From contig OX597820.1 in the NCBI GenBank assembly GCA_951406725.2, positions 20,026,001-20,090,000 on the forward strand: a DNA stretch of 64,000 bases, read 5' to 3'. This stretch comes from Octopus vulgaris. Taxonomy: Eukaryota. The position numbers and the translations under genes are program-made. Position 1 is the stretch's first letter. Every line of letters begins with the position of its first letter. This document shows, piece by piece, positions 13,843-27,738 of this stretch. Below the pieces are notes generated by a model. The model was not told the DNA's origin. It made no database searches and saw nothing but the letters and a program-made list of their open reading frames with translations.

Positions 13843-16800
13843 ATGATGGACTTCTTTCAGTTACCGTCTACCAAATCCACTCAGAAGGTTTTGGTCACCC
13901 TGAGGCTTATAGTAGAGGACACTTGCCCATGGAGCCCTGCAGCAGGACTGAACCCAGAACCATGTGGTTGGGAAACAAACCACACAGCTATACCCTGCAC
14001 CTATATATACATATTTATTTTCCTTTGCTACAGTGAACTTATTTTGTTATAAATTATGCATTAGTTCAGTGTATAAATTGTCACATTAATTCATAGCATT
14101 GTTTCCCACTGTACAGAATGAATATTTTATTAATTTTGTACCACAGCAGTCACCAGGGATACATCTATTATAAAGTGTTAAAATATTCTTCATACTTCTT
14201 ATTTCTTTATTGCCTACAAGGGGCTAAACATAGAGGGGACAAACAAGGACAGACAAACGGATTAAGTCGATTACATCAACCCCAGTGCGTAACTGGTAGT
14301 TAATTTATCGACCCCGAAAGGATGACAGACAAAGTTGACCTCGGTGGAATTTGAACTCAGAACGTAATGGCAGACGAAATACCTATTTCTTTATTACCCA
14401 CAAGGGGATAAAAATAAAGGGGACAAACAAGGACAGAAAAACGGATTAAGTTGATTTCATCAACCCCAGTGCATAACTGGTACTTGATTTATCGACCCCG
14501 AAAGGATGAATGGCAAAGTCGACCTCGGTGGAATTTGAACTCAGAACGTAACGGCAGACGAAATACGGCTACGCATTTCACCCGGCATGCTAAAGTTTCT
14601 GCCAGCTCACCGCCTTTAAGGATCTTCAGATGCTGGGCCCTACAGAGGGGATGACAAGAGATTTAGACTTCTGGCAGTTTGCTGTACTTGAGAAGACATG
14701 TGAAGCTAAGTAAAATCGTGGTTGTCCCTGCAAACAGGCTTGTCCCCTACATCCCTCTTCAGCTGAGTGATCCTAATCTTGCAGGTTCGTCGGTGCTGAT
14801 GTCATGTGGCACCAGCCATGCTGGTGCCACATAAAAAGCACTCAGTACTCTCTGTAAAGTGGTTTAGCATTAGGAAGGGCATCCAGCTGTAGAAACCAAA
14901 CCAAAACAGAGATGAAGCCAGGCAGGTCTTCAGCTGGCCAGCTCCTATCAAACCACCCAAACTATTGTGGAGGCACATGGCCTAGTGGTTAGAGCTGTGG
15001 ACTCATGGTCAAGGGCTTGCGGGTTCGAATCTCAGACCGGGCGATGTGTGTGTTCATGACAGAAATAGCTAAGCTCCACGCGGCTCCAACAGAAGGTAAT
15101 GGCAAACTTCTGCTGACTCTTTTGCCACAACTTTCTCTCACTCTTTCCTCCTGCATCTTGCAGCTCACCTGCGACAGACTGGTGTCCCATCCAGGTGGGG
15201 AACCTACATGCCAAGGAAACTGGAAAACCGGCCCTTATGAGCCAGGCGTGGCTCGAGAAGGAACAACCCAACCTTTTGCCAACATGGAAAACGGATGTTA
15301 AATGATGGTGATGATGATGATGACATAGAAAGAAATTAGCAACAAAAATGTAAATTTATCTTTTAGCTTTGACTTACTTGCTATGGAACTGTATGTGTGA
15401 TCTCTAATATAGCGATGTTCTCTTTGATATATAGTTCGGCCAGACATTCTTTCCCAGTTAACAGTGTTGTTTCCATCATTGTGCCAACCGCAGGAACTTA
15501 TTTCAAAGTGACAGTCACCTGATCGAAAGGGAACATAAGAGGATAAATGTCTTTGAAAACCAGAAAGACTCATTACAGTATTATTACTTAACACTTGTTC
15601 CTTGAAGGATAACACCTGGTGACATTGCCCAGGGGGGTTGGACATCTACTAGGAGGTCCAGTACAATATGAATGGCTCCAAAAGAAAACCAAGCATAGAA
15701 TAATGCATACAAAAATGTTAAAATAATACATACAAAAATGTGTTAAAATAATGTTTAAGATAGTGTTAAAATAAAATATTTTAAAAAGTGTTAAAATAAT
15801 GTTTAAGATAGTGTTAAAATAAAATATTTAAAAAAGTGTTAAAATAATGTTAAAAATAGTGTTAAAATAAAGTATTAAAAATAGTGTTAAAATAATGTTA
15901 AAAATAGTGTTAAAATAAAGTATTAAAAATAGTGTTAAAATAATGTTAAAAATAGTGTTAAAATAAAGTATTAAAATAGTGTTAAAATAATGTTAAAAAT
16001 AGTGTTAAAATAAAGTATTAAAAATAGTGTTGAAATAATGTTAAAAATAGTGTTAAAATAAAGTATTAAAAATAGTGTTAAAATAATGTTAAAAATAGTG
16101 TTAAAATAAAGTATTAAAAATAGTGTTAAAATAATGTTAAAAATAGTGTTAAAATAAAGTATTAAAAAAGTGTTAAAATAATACATACAAAAGTGTTTAG
16201 GCAAAAAGCATTAATCGATATGACCCACATGTATATGCACAAACATAATCACTTTACTTTGGCTCAAGTAATATGAAACACATTGATGAGAAATGACTAT
16301 AAAATAAACACCGTTTATACTGATTTTTAAGAAGTTTTCCGTCATTTAACTAATTGAATCAACAAATATAATGAATACATGTAAAACTGTTCTGTCGTTC
16401 AGCCAGAAAGAGAGTTTCTAAGTAGTCAATGAACTTGCTAAAAATAACAACCAAATCCCTCTCATATTATGTTCTTTTATTCTTTTACTTGTTTCAGCTG
16501 GGTGACTGGCCATGCTGGAGCACTGCCTTAAAGGATTTTTTTTAGTCCAAGAAGTCAACCCCAGGACTAGTGCCTTGGAAGGGAATTTTCTCAGTGCAGT
16601 CTCATGGTCATTCATGACCAAAAGGGGTCTTTAGCTTTTTATTCATACATTCTGTTCTCCTCAAAATGGCAAATTAAAACACTAAATATCCTGTTGTATT
16701 AATATAATTATTTCTACTATAGGTACTAGTAATTTTAGGGGCTGTTAGTTGATTACCTTGACTTCAGTGCTCAACTGATGCTTATTTTATCAACCCCTGA

Positions 16801-19283
16801 AAAGGTGAGAAGCAAAGTTGACCTTGGTAGTGTAGCGAGTCAGGAAAGCTATTTTTGTTGTCATGGAAAAGCACAGTTGTGCTATGGCAACTTAAGCAAA
16901 CAAGGGCTGGGCGCATATGAATACTAGAGGCAATTATCCACCCAATAGGCAAGTGTGCTTTTTTAAGTCAGCAGAAGAACATAAGAAGAGCAACATTGGT
17001 TCTCCAAAGATGAGACCTGCCTTTTTGTTTTTCTCACCAACTTAGTGCCGCAAACTTCTGAAGCATATTAAGCTCTCAACACTGACCACATCATGGACAT
17101 CCTATTTCTTTTTTGTCAACTTTGTCCTGCACAACTCTACCTATATCACAAGTGGTTTATTTCTGTTTATGCTAGATTCATCTCTGCTAGCTTTTAGTAA
17201 CTTCCAACTGAATCCATTCTTCAATTGTAAGTTTTAATGTTTTCTCTGACTTGACTCAGCACTTATCAATTCACATTATTGATTGTTGCCAGAGCAGCTA
17301 ACTGGCTTCCGTGCCAGTGGCACGTAAAAAGGACCATTCGAGTGTGATTGTTACCAGCATTGCCTTACTGACACTTGTGCCAGTGGCATGTGAAAAGAGC
17401 ATTCGAGCGAGGTCGTTGCCAGTGCTGCTGGACTGGCCCCTGTGCAGGTGGCACATAAAAAACACCATTTGAGTGTGGCTGTTGCCATGACCGTCTGACT
17501 GGCCCTCATGCCGGTGGCACATAAAAGCATCCACTACACTCTCAGAGTGGTAGGCATTAGAAAAGGCATCCAGCTGTAGAAACTCTGCCAGATCAAGATT
17601 GGAGCCTGGTGCAGCCATCTGGTTTGCCAGTACTCAGTCAAATCGTCCAACCCATGCTAGCATGGAAAGCGAACGTTAAACGACGATGATTATTATTATT
17701 ATTATTATTATTTTAATAAATTCATGCTTCTCAAAAGCACATTTGCTGGACTTTTCCATGAACACTTCCATACTTTAAATTAGTGACCCCCTCCACTAAA
17801 GCAGTATTTGAACTCAGAATGTAATGAACTGGAAGAAGGGCTGTTAAGCTATTCGTTTGATGTATCAACAATTCTGCCAGCTCACCACCTCCAGTTAATT
17901 TAATATAACGCCATCACTAATAACAAATGTGTTGTGCCTCCTTATCAAAAGATATCATAAATAGGTTGGTTGAGCCTTTCAGAGTTAAATGCTTTCAACC
18001 AATCACTTGGAGTAAAATCAATAAACAATAAAACCTGTATGCTAATGTGGACAAGTGATTAACTTACCTGGCTCAGGACATGTTGAATTTAAAAGTTTGA
18101 TGTCATCAATACCTATTATGTCTCCGCGATTAATACTTTCAAAGATAACCTGCAATAAAATATGGTTGTCATAATTATCTTTATCACCATCATTCTGGTC
18201 CTCAAATTAGTTTTAAATTTTGGCACAAGGCCAGCAATTTTGGAAAGGGGTGGGGGAAGTATAATTACATCAAACCCTGTGCTCAACTGGTTCTTGTTTT
18301 ATCAGTCTTGGCAGAATTGGAACTCAAAACATAAAGATGGATGAAATACCATTAAATATTTTGCCTAGCATATTGACAATTCTGTCAGCTTGCCACCTTA
18401 TTCTAATCCTCAATATCATTATCATGAAACTCTCACCACCACTATTATTATTATGCTGATAATTCACATTTTTAGCATTGCATATATGATTCTGTGGAGG
18501 CACAATGGCCCAGTGGTTCGGGCAGCGGACTCATGGTTGGAAGATCACAGTTTCGATTCCCAAACCGGATGTTGTGTGTGTTTATTGAGTGAAAACACCT
18601 AAAGCTCCATGAGGCTCCAGCAGGGGGTGGTGGCGACCCCTGTTATACCCTTTCGCCCCAACTTTCTCTCAATCTTTCTTCCTGTTTCTTGGGTAACGCT
18701 GTGATGGACTGGCGTCCTGTCCAGCTGGAGGGAGCACATATGCCATAGAAACCAGGAAACTGGGCCCATGAGCCTGGCTAGGGTTGAAAAGGGTGCATAA
18801 ATAAAAATAACATATGATTCTTGTTTCTTTTTTACAAAATCGCATTTCTCTTATCTAAATTATCATGATCCCTCAATTAAAAACTTCCTAATTCACCCAT
18901 ATTATTTAATATGCTAAATGGGAACTGTTTTTGATAAGGTAATGAACTAAAAGATAAAGCAAATTAATTGGTATGTATGCTGCTTTCAAAATTTTCTTAA
19001 TGCTTCACAAAAAAGGGCCTTCGTTTACCACTTCAAGGGAGTTGTTTTTCAAATCACTGAGTGAAGTCTAGCAACCAGTTGATCTAGCAAGCAAAGAGAG
19101 GTGGTGGTAGGACTAGCATACAATAATGCTCTTGAGAGGAAGGCTCTAAAATGGAAGACACCAAAACGGTGCACATTTTCTCCTGATGATTGCATAAGCT
19201 TGCTGGTGTTTGGTGTGTGGTGCATTCAACCAGTAGCACTTGCATTTGCAAGCTGTTAGCAAATAATTTACCATCTATCTAAA

Positions 19284-19319
<36 letters not shown>

Positions 19320-21046
19320 CAACAAAGAGATAACAGTAAGATAAATCTAAGGATTCTGGATTTTTACTTTTTGACCGACAGATTTAAAAAATAATTTTTT
19401 GTAACTAAACACTTTCAAACTTCGGACACTGATAGAATGTGTCTCATATAACACATCTTTTACTCTTAGCATTTTTGAGAAAAACTTATATTTACAAAGT
19501 TATTTCACGTTAAAGTTGTCGTATTTTGGTAATTTCAACCAATCAATGACGTGTTTTCAGCTGAATAAAATTACTGCTGTTATTTGTCAACAACAACTAT
19601 CGGCGATGTATTTTTCGTTTCTCACTGTTATTTATGACATCGTTCGTGCGTTTGTACTGGTTTTAAGGTTTTAGGGTTAGGGTTTTAGGGTTAGGGTTTT
19701 AGGGTTAGGGTGTTAGGGTTAGGGTTTTAGGGTTAGGGTTTAGGGTTAGGGTTAAGGAGTTAGGGTTTGGGTGTTAGGGTTAGGGTTAGGGTTGTCATAA
19801 ATAACAGTGACAAACGAAAAATACAACGTCGATAGTTGTTGTTGACAAACAATGGCAGTAATTTTATTCAGCTGAATACATGTCATTGATTGGTTGAAAT
19901 TACCAAAATACGAGAACTTTAATGTGAAATAACTTTGTAAATATAAGTTTTTCTCAAAAATGCTAAGAGTAAAGATGTTTTATATGACACATTCTACCAG
20001 TGTCCAAAGTTTGAAAGTGTTTAGTTACAAAAAATTATTTTAAAATCTGTCGGTCAAAAAGTAAAGATCCAGAATTATTTAGTTGATTTTGTTTTTGTTG
20101 AGCTTTTATCTGACTCAAATAAATTTTCCTTTTTCAGTATTTTATCTGATATGCTAATGATTCTGCTAGTTTGCTGCCTGAGTTTAAACCCATATTTGAT
20201 ACCATCTAACAAAGGTGAAGACAATTTTTTTTTAGTTTAAAATACTCATACTCACAAATGCATTAATGAAGTTTGGTAACGGGATATATTCTTCAAACCA
20301 TGACCGGCCTTGATGACCTCTTCTTGTCCAAACAGCTGCTCCAATTCTATTAACAGCATTCACATTAGTTACATGAACATTGAGTGTACCAATTCTTGAC
20401 CCATACATGTGGTACCAAAATGATAAACATTGTCCATCTTTTAATGCAAATTGTGGTGTCCAAAGTCGTGCTTTTTTACCTGAGGAAATTCTACGAGAGC
20501 CTGCACCCATGAAATGACCTGCAAATATGTATTATAGATATTTCAACACAATTTCTATGTTATTTTCTGTTTTTGATTATTTGAATTCTTCCTCTGAGGA
20601 AGAGCTGGTTTCTTTTCTACTCTGTAATTTTGAGGGAGGGGCCAGTCAGTTAGATCAACCCCAATACACAACTGGTACTTAGTTTATTGACCCCGAAATA
20701 AATAAATTGACTCACACAGACACATTTACATATACCACAATAAGTCCTGGGACCAATCAAAAACCGCCCACACACATAAACACAAACACATGTATACACA
20801 CACACACACTCACACCATTCTGACCTGTTAGGCCAGTCCCCAAAACCACTGAACCATGAAAGACCAAAGAGAAACAACAAAAGTCTCCTTTCAATCCCAC
20901 ATTGCTCCTCCTTCCCCCACCCAAACCAACCTCCCCCCACTATCCATAAAATAGGAATCAGCCTTTATTTAGCTTCACACAAAATGAAGAATGGTAAAAC
21001 ATGTCAGTTTATCACAAATTCTTTGTAAACTCCAAAATATATCTCC

Positions 21047-21096
<50 letters not shown>

Positions 21097-21539
21097 TACC
21101 AAAATATGACCTTTTTGAACTTATAATTTTCTGTGTATATATACAGATACTTCCAAACAAACATGACTTTTAATGAAATCCTAATATTTTCAATGAACTT
21201 TTTATTTTCCTTGTAAACTGTTTTAACATTTTTATTATTATTATCAAAGAGTGTATATATTTTCAAAGAAGTTTTTAATAATTTCTCAAGATTTTTCCTT
21301 GTAAACTGTTTTAACATTTCTCTTATTATAATCAAAGAATGTATATATGTATTGTAATATTTTGTGACAAGCGGTATTTAACACAAAAAAGTTTTTACAA
21401 AGCTTTTACATTTTACTTTTGACAATCTTTTTCTAAAAAAGTGAAACCGGTCAAGTGAATAAACACCTTTCAAAATTGCATTTTCAAACCTTTTTTCATA
21501 TATATTTCCACTCTTGCGGTATCTTACAACTTCACTTTG

Positions 21540-21591
<52 letters not shown>

Positions 21592-24500
21592 GATTAGCTT
21601 TTTTCATTTTCTGTCTGCCAGATCCACTCACAAAGCTTTGGTTAGTCCAAAGCTATAGTAGAAGACACTTGCCCAAGGTGCTACACAGCGGGACTGAACC
21701 TAGAACTATGTGGTTGGGAAGCAAGCTTCTTGTTTCTTTATTGCCCACAAGGGGCTAAACATAGAGGGGACAAACAAAGACAGACAAAGGGATTAAATTG
21801 ATTACATTGCCTGCAGTGCATAACTGGTACTTAATTTATCGACCCCGAAAGGACGAAAGGCAAAGTCGACCTTGGCGGAATTTGAACTCAGAACATAACG
21901 GCAGACGAAATACCGCTAAGCATTTTGCCTGGCGTGCTAACATTTCTGCCGGCTCACTGCCAGAAGCAAGCTTCTTACCACACAACCACTCCTGTGCCTA
22001 TTACAAAAAAAAATATATATATATGCGTAGAGGCGCAATGGCCTAGTGGTTAGGGCAGTGGACTCGCGGTCGCAGGATCGCGGTTTCGATTCTCAGACCG
22101 GGCGTTGTGTGTGTTTATTGAGCGAAAACACCTAAAAGCTCTACGAGGCTCCGGCAGGGGGTGGTGATCCCTGCTGTACTCTTTCACCACAATGGCGGTG
22201 CCCCAGCATGGCCACAGCTCAAGAGCTGAAACTGGAAAAACAAAACAAACAAACATGCGAATACGCCCCCACCTCCCTATTATTCATTATAGTTTGGATA
22301 GAAAAATAAATGACCGCAAATTAAGTTTGATATTAGATTACTTACCAAACACTGATTTTTTTGTGTGGTCCCTAAATGGGGATCCATATCCAGAGTATTT
22401 TTTCCACCTATAGTCAACACTTTTATCTTGAAAATATTGGCAACCATCAGATGATTCAAAGTCACAGTCAACAGCATTTGAGCTAATGTCTTCTGAAAAA
22501 GAATGAAAAAATCAGTAATAAGTAATATTGATGATAATAGTTGATTCTGATATAAGTAGATCAACATCTTGATCATCATCATTTAACATACGTTTTTCCA
22601 GGCTGGTATGGGTTGGATGGTTCAAGAATAACTGGCAAGGCCAAGAGCTGCACCAGGTTCCATAGACTGATTTTGGCTTGGTTTCTACAGCTGGATGCCC
22701 TTCCTAATGCCAGCCACTTTACAGTGTGTACTGGGAACATTTTATGTTGCGCCAGCACCAGTGCTTTTTACGTCGTGCCATAACCAGTGTTTTTTATGTG
22801 GCACCATTATTAGTGCTTTTTCTGTGACACCATAACCAGTGCTTTTTACATGGCACAATAATCAATCCTTTTTATGTGGAGCTAGCACCAGTGCTTTTTA
22901 TGTGGCACCATCCTCAGTGTTTTTATGTGGCACCATCACCGGTACTTTTTGTGTGACATGACCACTAGTGCTTTTTATGTGGCACCATTAGCAGTGCTTT
23001 TTACATGGTACTATAACTAGTGCTTTTATGTGACACCATAACCAGTGCTTTTTATGTGATACCATCACCAATGCTTTTTATGTGACACCATTAGCAGTGC
23101 TTTTTACATGGTACTATATCCAGCGCTTTCCCTTTTATGACATGCAAAGGAGTCAGCAGGTTTTTCAAAAACTAATATAAGATGAGAGGGTTGTGTTAGG
23201 ATGCCTCTGAAATACTCTGTATCTATGGATACACAAAACTGTCTAGTTCTGCTCCTGGCTTTGAGTATATTTTACCCTCTAATGATGAATATTGGACTAT
23301 TGAGGGAAATTTTGCTTTTTAATGCTAATACAAGTTGCAATCGTTCTGAAAATCTGATCTCCATCTGTTTGTTTGTAACAACATATATGTAAAAGGAGGG
23401 AAGACGAGGGGGAGAAAAAGTTGGTGAGAGAGAAATACAATTAAAGGGAGAGTGAAAGATCGATAGGTAGTGTTGTAACTGTTGTAACTAACAAGCTTTG
23501 ATTAAAAATGTGGGAATTTTAAGTGCAAATCTGTCAACACAATGCAACACAAATTTCAAAAAAAGACTTTAAAAAATATTTTTACCAGCGGTGTAATTAT
23601 TATTATTAGTTGGTAATAATAATAATAATAATATTTATAATAATAATAATGATAATAATAATAATAATAATAATAATACAATTAATAAATAAATTAATAA
23701 ATAAACCAACTAACCTTGACACTCTCCAGTGTGTATGGTTACATCATCAATTGCAATGTCACCACTACTTCCAAAACCAGAAACTCCTCTGAAGACAATC
23801 TGAAATTTATATCATTGTTATAAATATAGCTGTTATAACAATTTTTATTATGAAACAATAAATCAATTATTGAACTGTTAGATTTACAAGCCTTTCTCTT
23901 TACTCCCCAGTCAACTTAGTTGTGAATTAGTGCCAGCTACATAGACTTTGGAACAGTGGGTGCAGGGGTCGCAAGCACACCCACTGAAATTGTTATTTTT
24001 GGGGATGAAACAATGAAAATGCTTTGAATGTCCTCCTGGAAAACTGAATTTGTATTTCCTGAGCAAATTTTTTTTCCCACAGCTAATTGCTGGTAGAGCC
24101 TTGTCTCCTTCTGGTTGTCACATGATAGATGTTTCATTGGGCCATAGTTTAACAGAAACAAGAGGGCTTGGTAACAGAAGCTGCAGAGTGTGGGAACACA
24201 ACCTACTAACATTTGTTTTGGCAGGGCAATGAAAATACTTTCAACATCCTCCTGAAAACTGGTTCTGCACTGCCTAAGCAAATTTCATTCTCGCACTTAT
24301 GACCAGCTAGTTGCTGGTGCAATTCCTGTCTCCCTCTGGCTGTTATATCATAGGCATTCCACTGGCTCATGATTGAGATGGACACAAAGGTGTCTACACC
24401 TGGTGGAAACTATATAGGCACCAAATGCAATTAGCAGAAGCATGGTATATATTACTAAGCCATACTTATCCTCTAGTGACCACTCACTGTACTGTATTGT

Positions 24501-25336
24501 ACACGGGCAGATAATGAGTGTAGAAGTGACAAAAAAATGGCATGTGGTCACGGTGGATTAGCATCAAATTTCAAGCCTTAATTCCCTAAGCCACAGAGTT
24601 GTTAAAGAGCTGCACCTCATGTACAGAAGGAAAATAGGAAAACCATAGATTGCTGTTAAAAAACATGTTTACTTTCGTTTTAGTTATGTCTGCTCAGGGA
24701 CTGAACAACAAATATGTGCTTACATGTTTTTTAAGTAGTACTGCTCTGAAAATATATAAAAACCAATATGAAAACAAACTATTGCAGGTACTGCTCAAGG
24801 ACTTATAACAGATGAACTGAAGACAGGAACTTAATTGGGGGCTAGCTAGTGAGCAGGTCTGCAGTGATGGGACTTCTGGAGGCAGGACTTCTCTAAAGCC
24901 ACTAGTTGGCCGATCACTTTCCTCCCTATGGTTTATAACCAAATGTAACAAAATAAATTCTACATCAATATACTCTTGTTCTCCATTGATTTTATTGTGT
25001 GTAGCTTAACTAAGCTATACTTTCAGATTTATTGGTTATCCACATTGGCTTAACCCTTTCGTTACTGCATTTATTTTGAGATGCTTTGTGTTTCTCTCAA
25101 TTATTTTAAATATAACAAAGAATTTAGTAAAATAACTTAGTTATCATAAAGCTAGTGTTAGGAACATAAATTGTGACTAAGGTTTGGTGGAAGATTTTAA
25201 TTCAAAACTTATGAAAACAAGACATTTGTACTACAGAGCCAGAGCCGGTTTCAGCGGGGTTGGTAATGAAAGGGTTAATATATCAGCACCAGGTACTATG
25301 TTTAAGGAGATTAATGTACAAGAATAAGTGTTTATA

Positions 25337-25377
<41 letters not shown>

Positions 25378-27645
25378 GATATGTGCAAATATGAAAATAC
25401 ACACACACACACTGACACACACATACACACACACATGAACACACACACATACACACACATGCACACACATACACACACGTACACATACATACATACATGC
25501 ATGCATACACACATACACACACATGAAAACATACGCATACACACACATGCACACATACATGCACACACACACATTTACTAATAATTATTAACACTCTTGG
25601 ATATGTAACCAACTGCTCTTGAGAAATTAGGGTTCACAAAACCAGAAACGGGGGGGGGAAAGCTTATTAGAAGACTACAGAAACAAGCCATCAGTGGAAC
25701 TGTCGAAATATGTAAAACTTGTCAAAAGTTTAGCATAAAAGTACATATGCACATATCTAGACATACAACTATATGTATGAGTATACATACATAAAGTAAA
25801 ACATACAAACCTACAAGTGTACTGATCTCAACTTACCCTATCCAATTCTGATATAGTTGTCACCTACTTTTCCATCTTGCCTACTTCCTCTACTTATTCT
25901 GCCTCAACACATATTCACTCTCTCCCCTGTTTCCAATCTCTCTCTTTCTCTCTCTCTCTCTACACACACTTTATCTTTCTCCTCCTTCCCCTGTCTACTG
26001 TACCTTTACTGCTATTCTGTTCTTCAGCCCTCCCTTATCTGTACTGTCAGTCATCTCCTACTCTCCCCTCACTTCCTTCAATTCATGTGTATTACTGGTT
26101 TCCCCACTCCTTATCTACCCTTCACTACATTCCCTCACCTCCTCTGTCCTTACCTATTTTTCTGCCTCCCCTGCCTCCCCTACTTACCTTCCCTCAACAC
26201 TTGCTCCCCTTCAAACTTATTCTCATCCTCTCTCTCTCTCTCTCTGCTACTCTTTTGCAAGCTCTACTTACTCTCACTTCCTGTTCTTCTTCCTCCTCTT
26301 GCTTCTACTCACCTTCTATCTTGAGGGTCCAACCTGACACCTCATCACCATTATCTTTTCTTCTTCCCAGTTTCACCCCAATCACTCTTACTTTCTCTTC
26401 TATAATGGAAGTACCTGTATAGTTCCCCATAAGGCAAGAAGCTTATTCTGCTCTGTCCCCTTCTCTCTCACTTTAAACCAGGGGTCTCCAAAGTAGTCAA
26501 TATCAACCTCTGCTGGTCGATGGGAATATTTAAGGGGTCAATAAATGCCTGGAAACTGCACCGAAATGCGTAGCAGTATTTCGTCTGCCTTTACGTTCTG
26601 AGTTCAAATTCCGCCGAGGTCGACTTTGTCTTTCATCCTTTCGAGGTCGATAAATTAAGTACCAGCTACACACTGGGGTCGATATAATCGACTTAATTCG
26701 TTTGTCTGTCCTTGTTTGCCCCCTCTATGTTTAGCCCCTTGTGGGTAATAAAGAAACATATTATTATTATTTATTTTCTTGTACATATCTGGGGGTCGAT
26801 GGGGGGTCAAGGAGTCCATGAAGGAGTCAATAGTCTAAAAAGTTTGGGGACCCCTGCTTTAAACCATTATGCCGTAGCATAAAGCCACCCCCATCTCTAT
26901 TGTAGCCCCACTCAGTCATAGGGGCTACATGGTGACCTCACTAGTGTAGGTGACATGTAAAAAGCACCCAATACTTTCTGTAAAGTGGTTGGCATTAGGA
27001 AGGACATCTGACTATAGAGGCCATGCCAAAGCAGATATTGGAGCACAAACAGTCCATGTTTTTTAGCCAGTATGGAGCATGGATGTTAAATGATGAAGAT
27101 GATGACAACGATGACGACGACAACGACGACAATGATGATGAAGATGATGATGAAGCTGATGATGATGATGTTGATAATGATGATGATGACAATGACAAAG
27201 AAGATGATGATGATGATGATGATGATGACGACGACGATTTTTGTACTGTGGATAACTTTATGCCAAAAAGTGTTTGCTGTTGATTTTATGCTCTCAGAAA
27301 ACAAATAATTTGCAAATATTTGTACTCACATTTGACGAACTAACAGCTGGTATTGTAACTGTGCCTTGTAACCATTTATTTTTTTGTGGACCATTCTTTA
27401 ACCAGATGTACTTAGCTGAGCCCTTCTTTGGAGCTAAGATTAATCTCAGAGAATTAATATTTTCTCCAAACATATGATAATAGAAGCTAATACAAGCTTT
27501 TTGGGTTGTTGAAAATGTTGGGCTTATCAAATCAGCATAATGCTTTAAGAGACCACTAAAAAATGAGGATTCAACGTACATGTAGTAACCACCTAAAAAT
27601 AGAAAGCAGTACAATGAGTGGTGATATAAGAGTTATGATATATAA

Positions 27646-27738
<93 letters not shown>

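Noticed and set aside
19662-19793. True chromosome end or telomere fusion site
   Set aside because: Short, single-orientation, degenerate array enclosed by inverted arms within an intron of a continuous gene.
25857-26422. 155-181 aa Ser/Leu/Pro-rich ORFs
   Set aside because: C/T-rich low-complexity sequence; no domain motifs or splice support.
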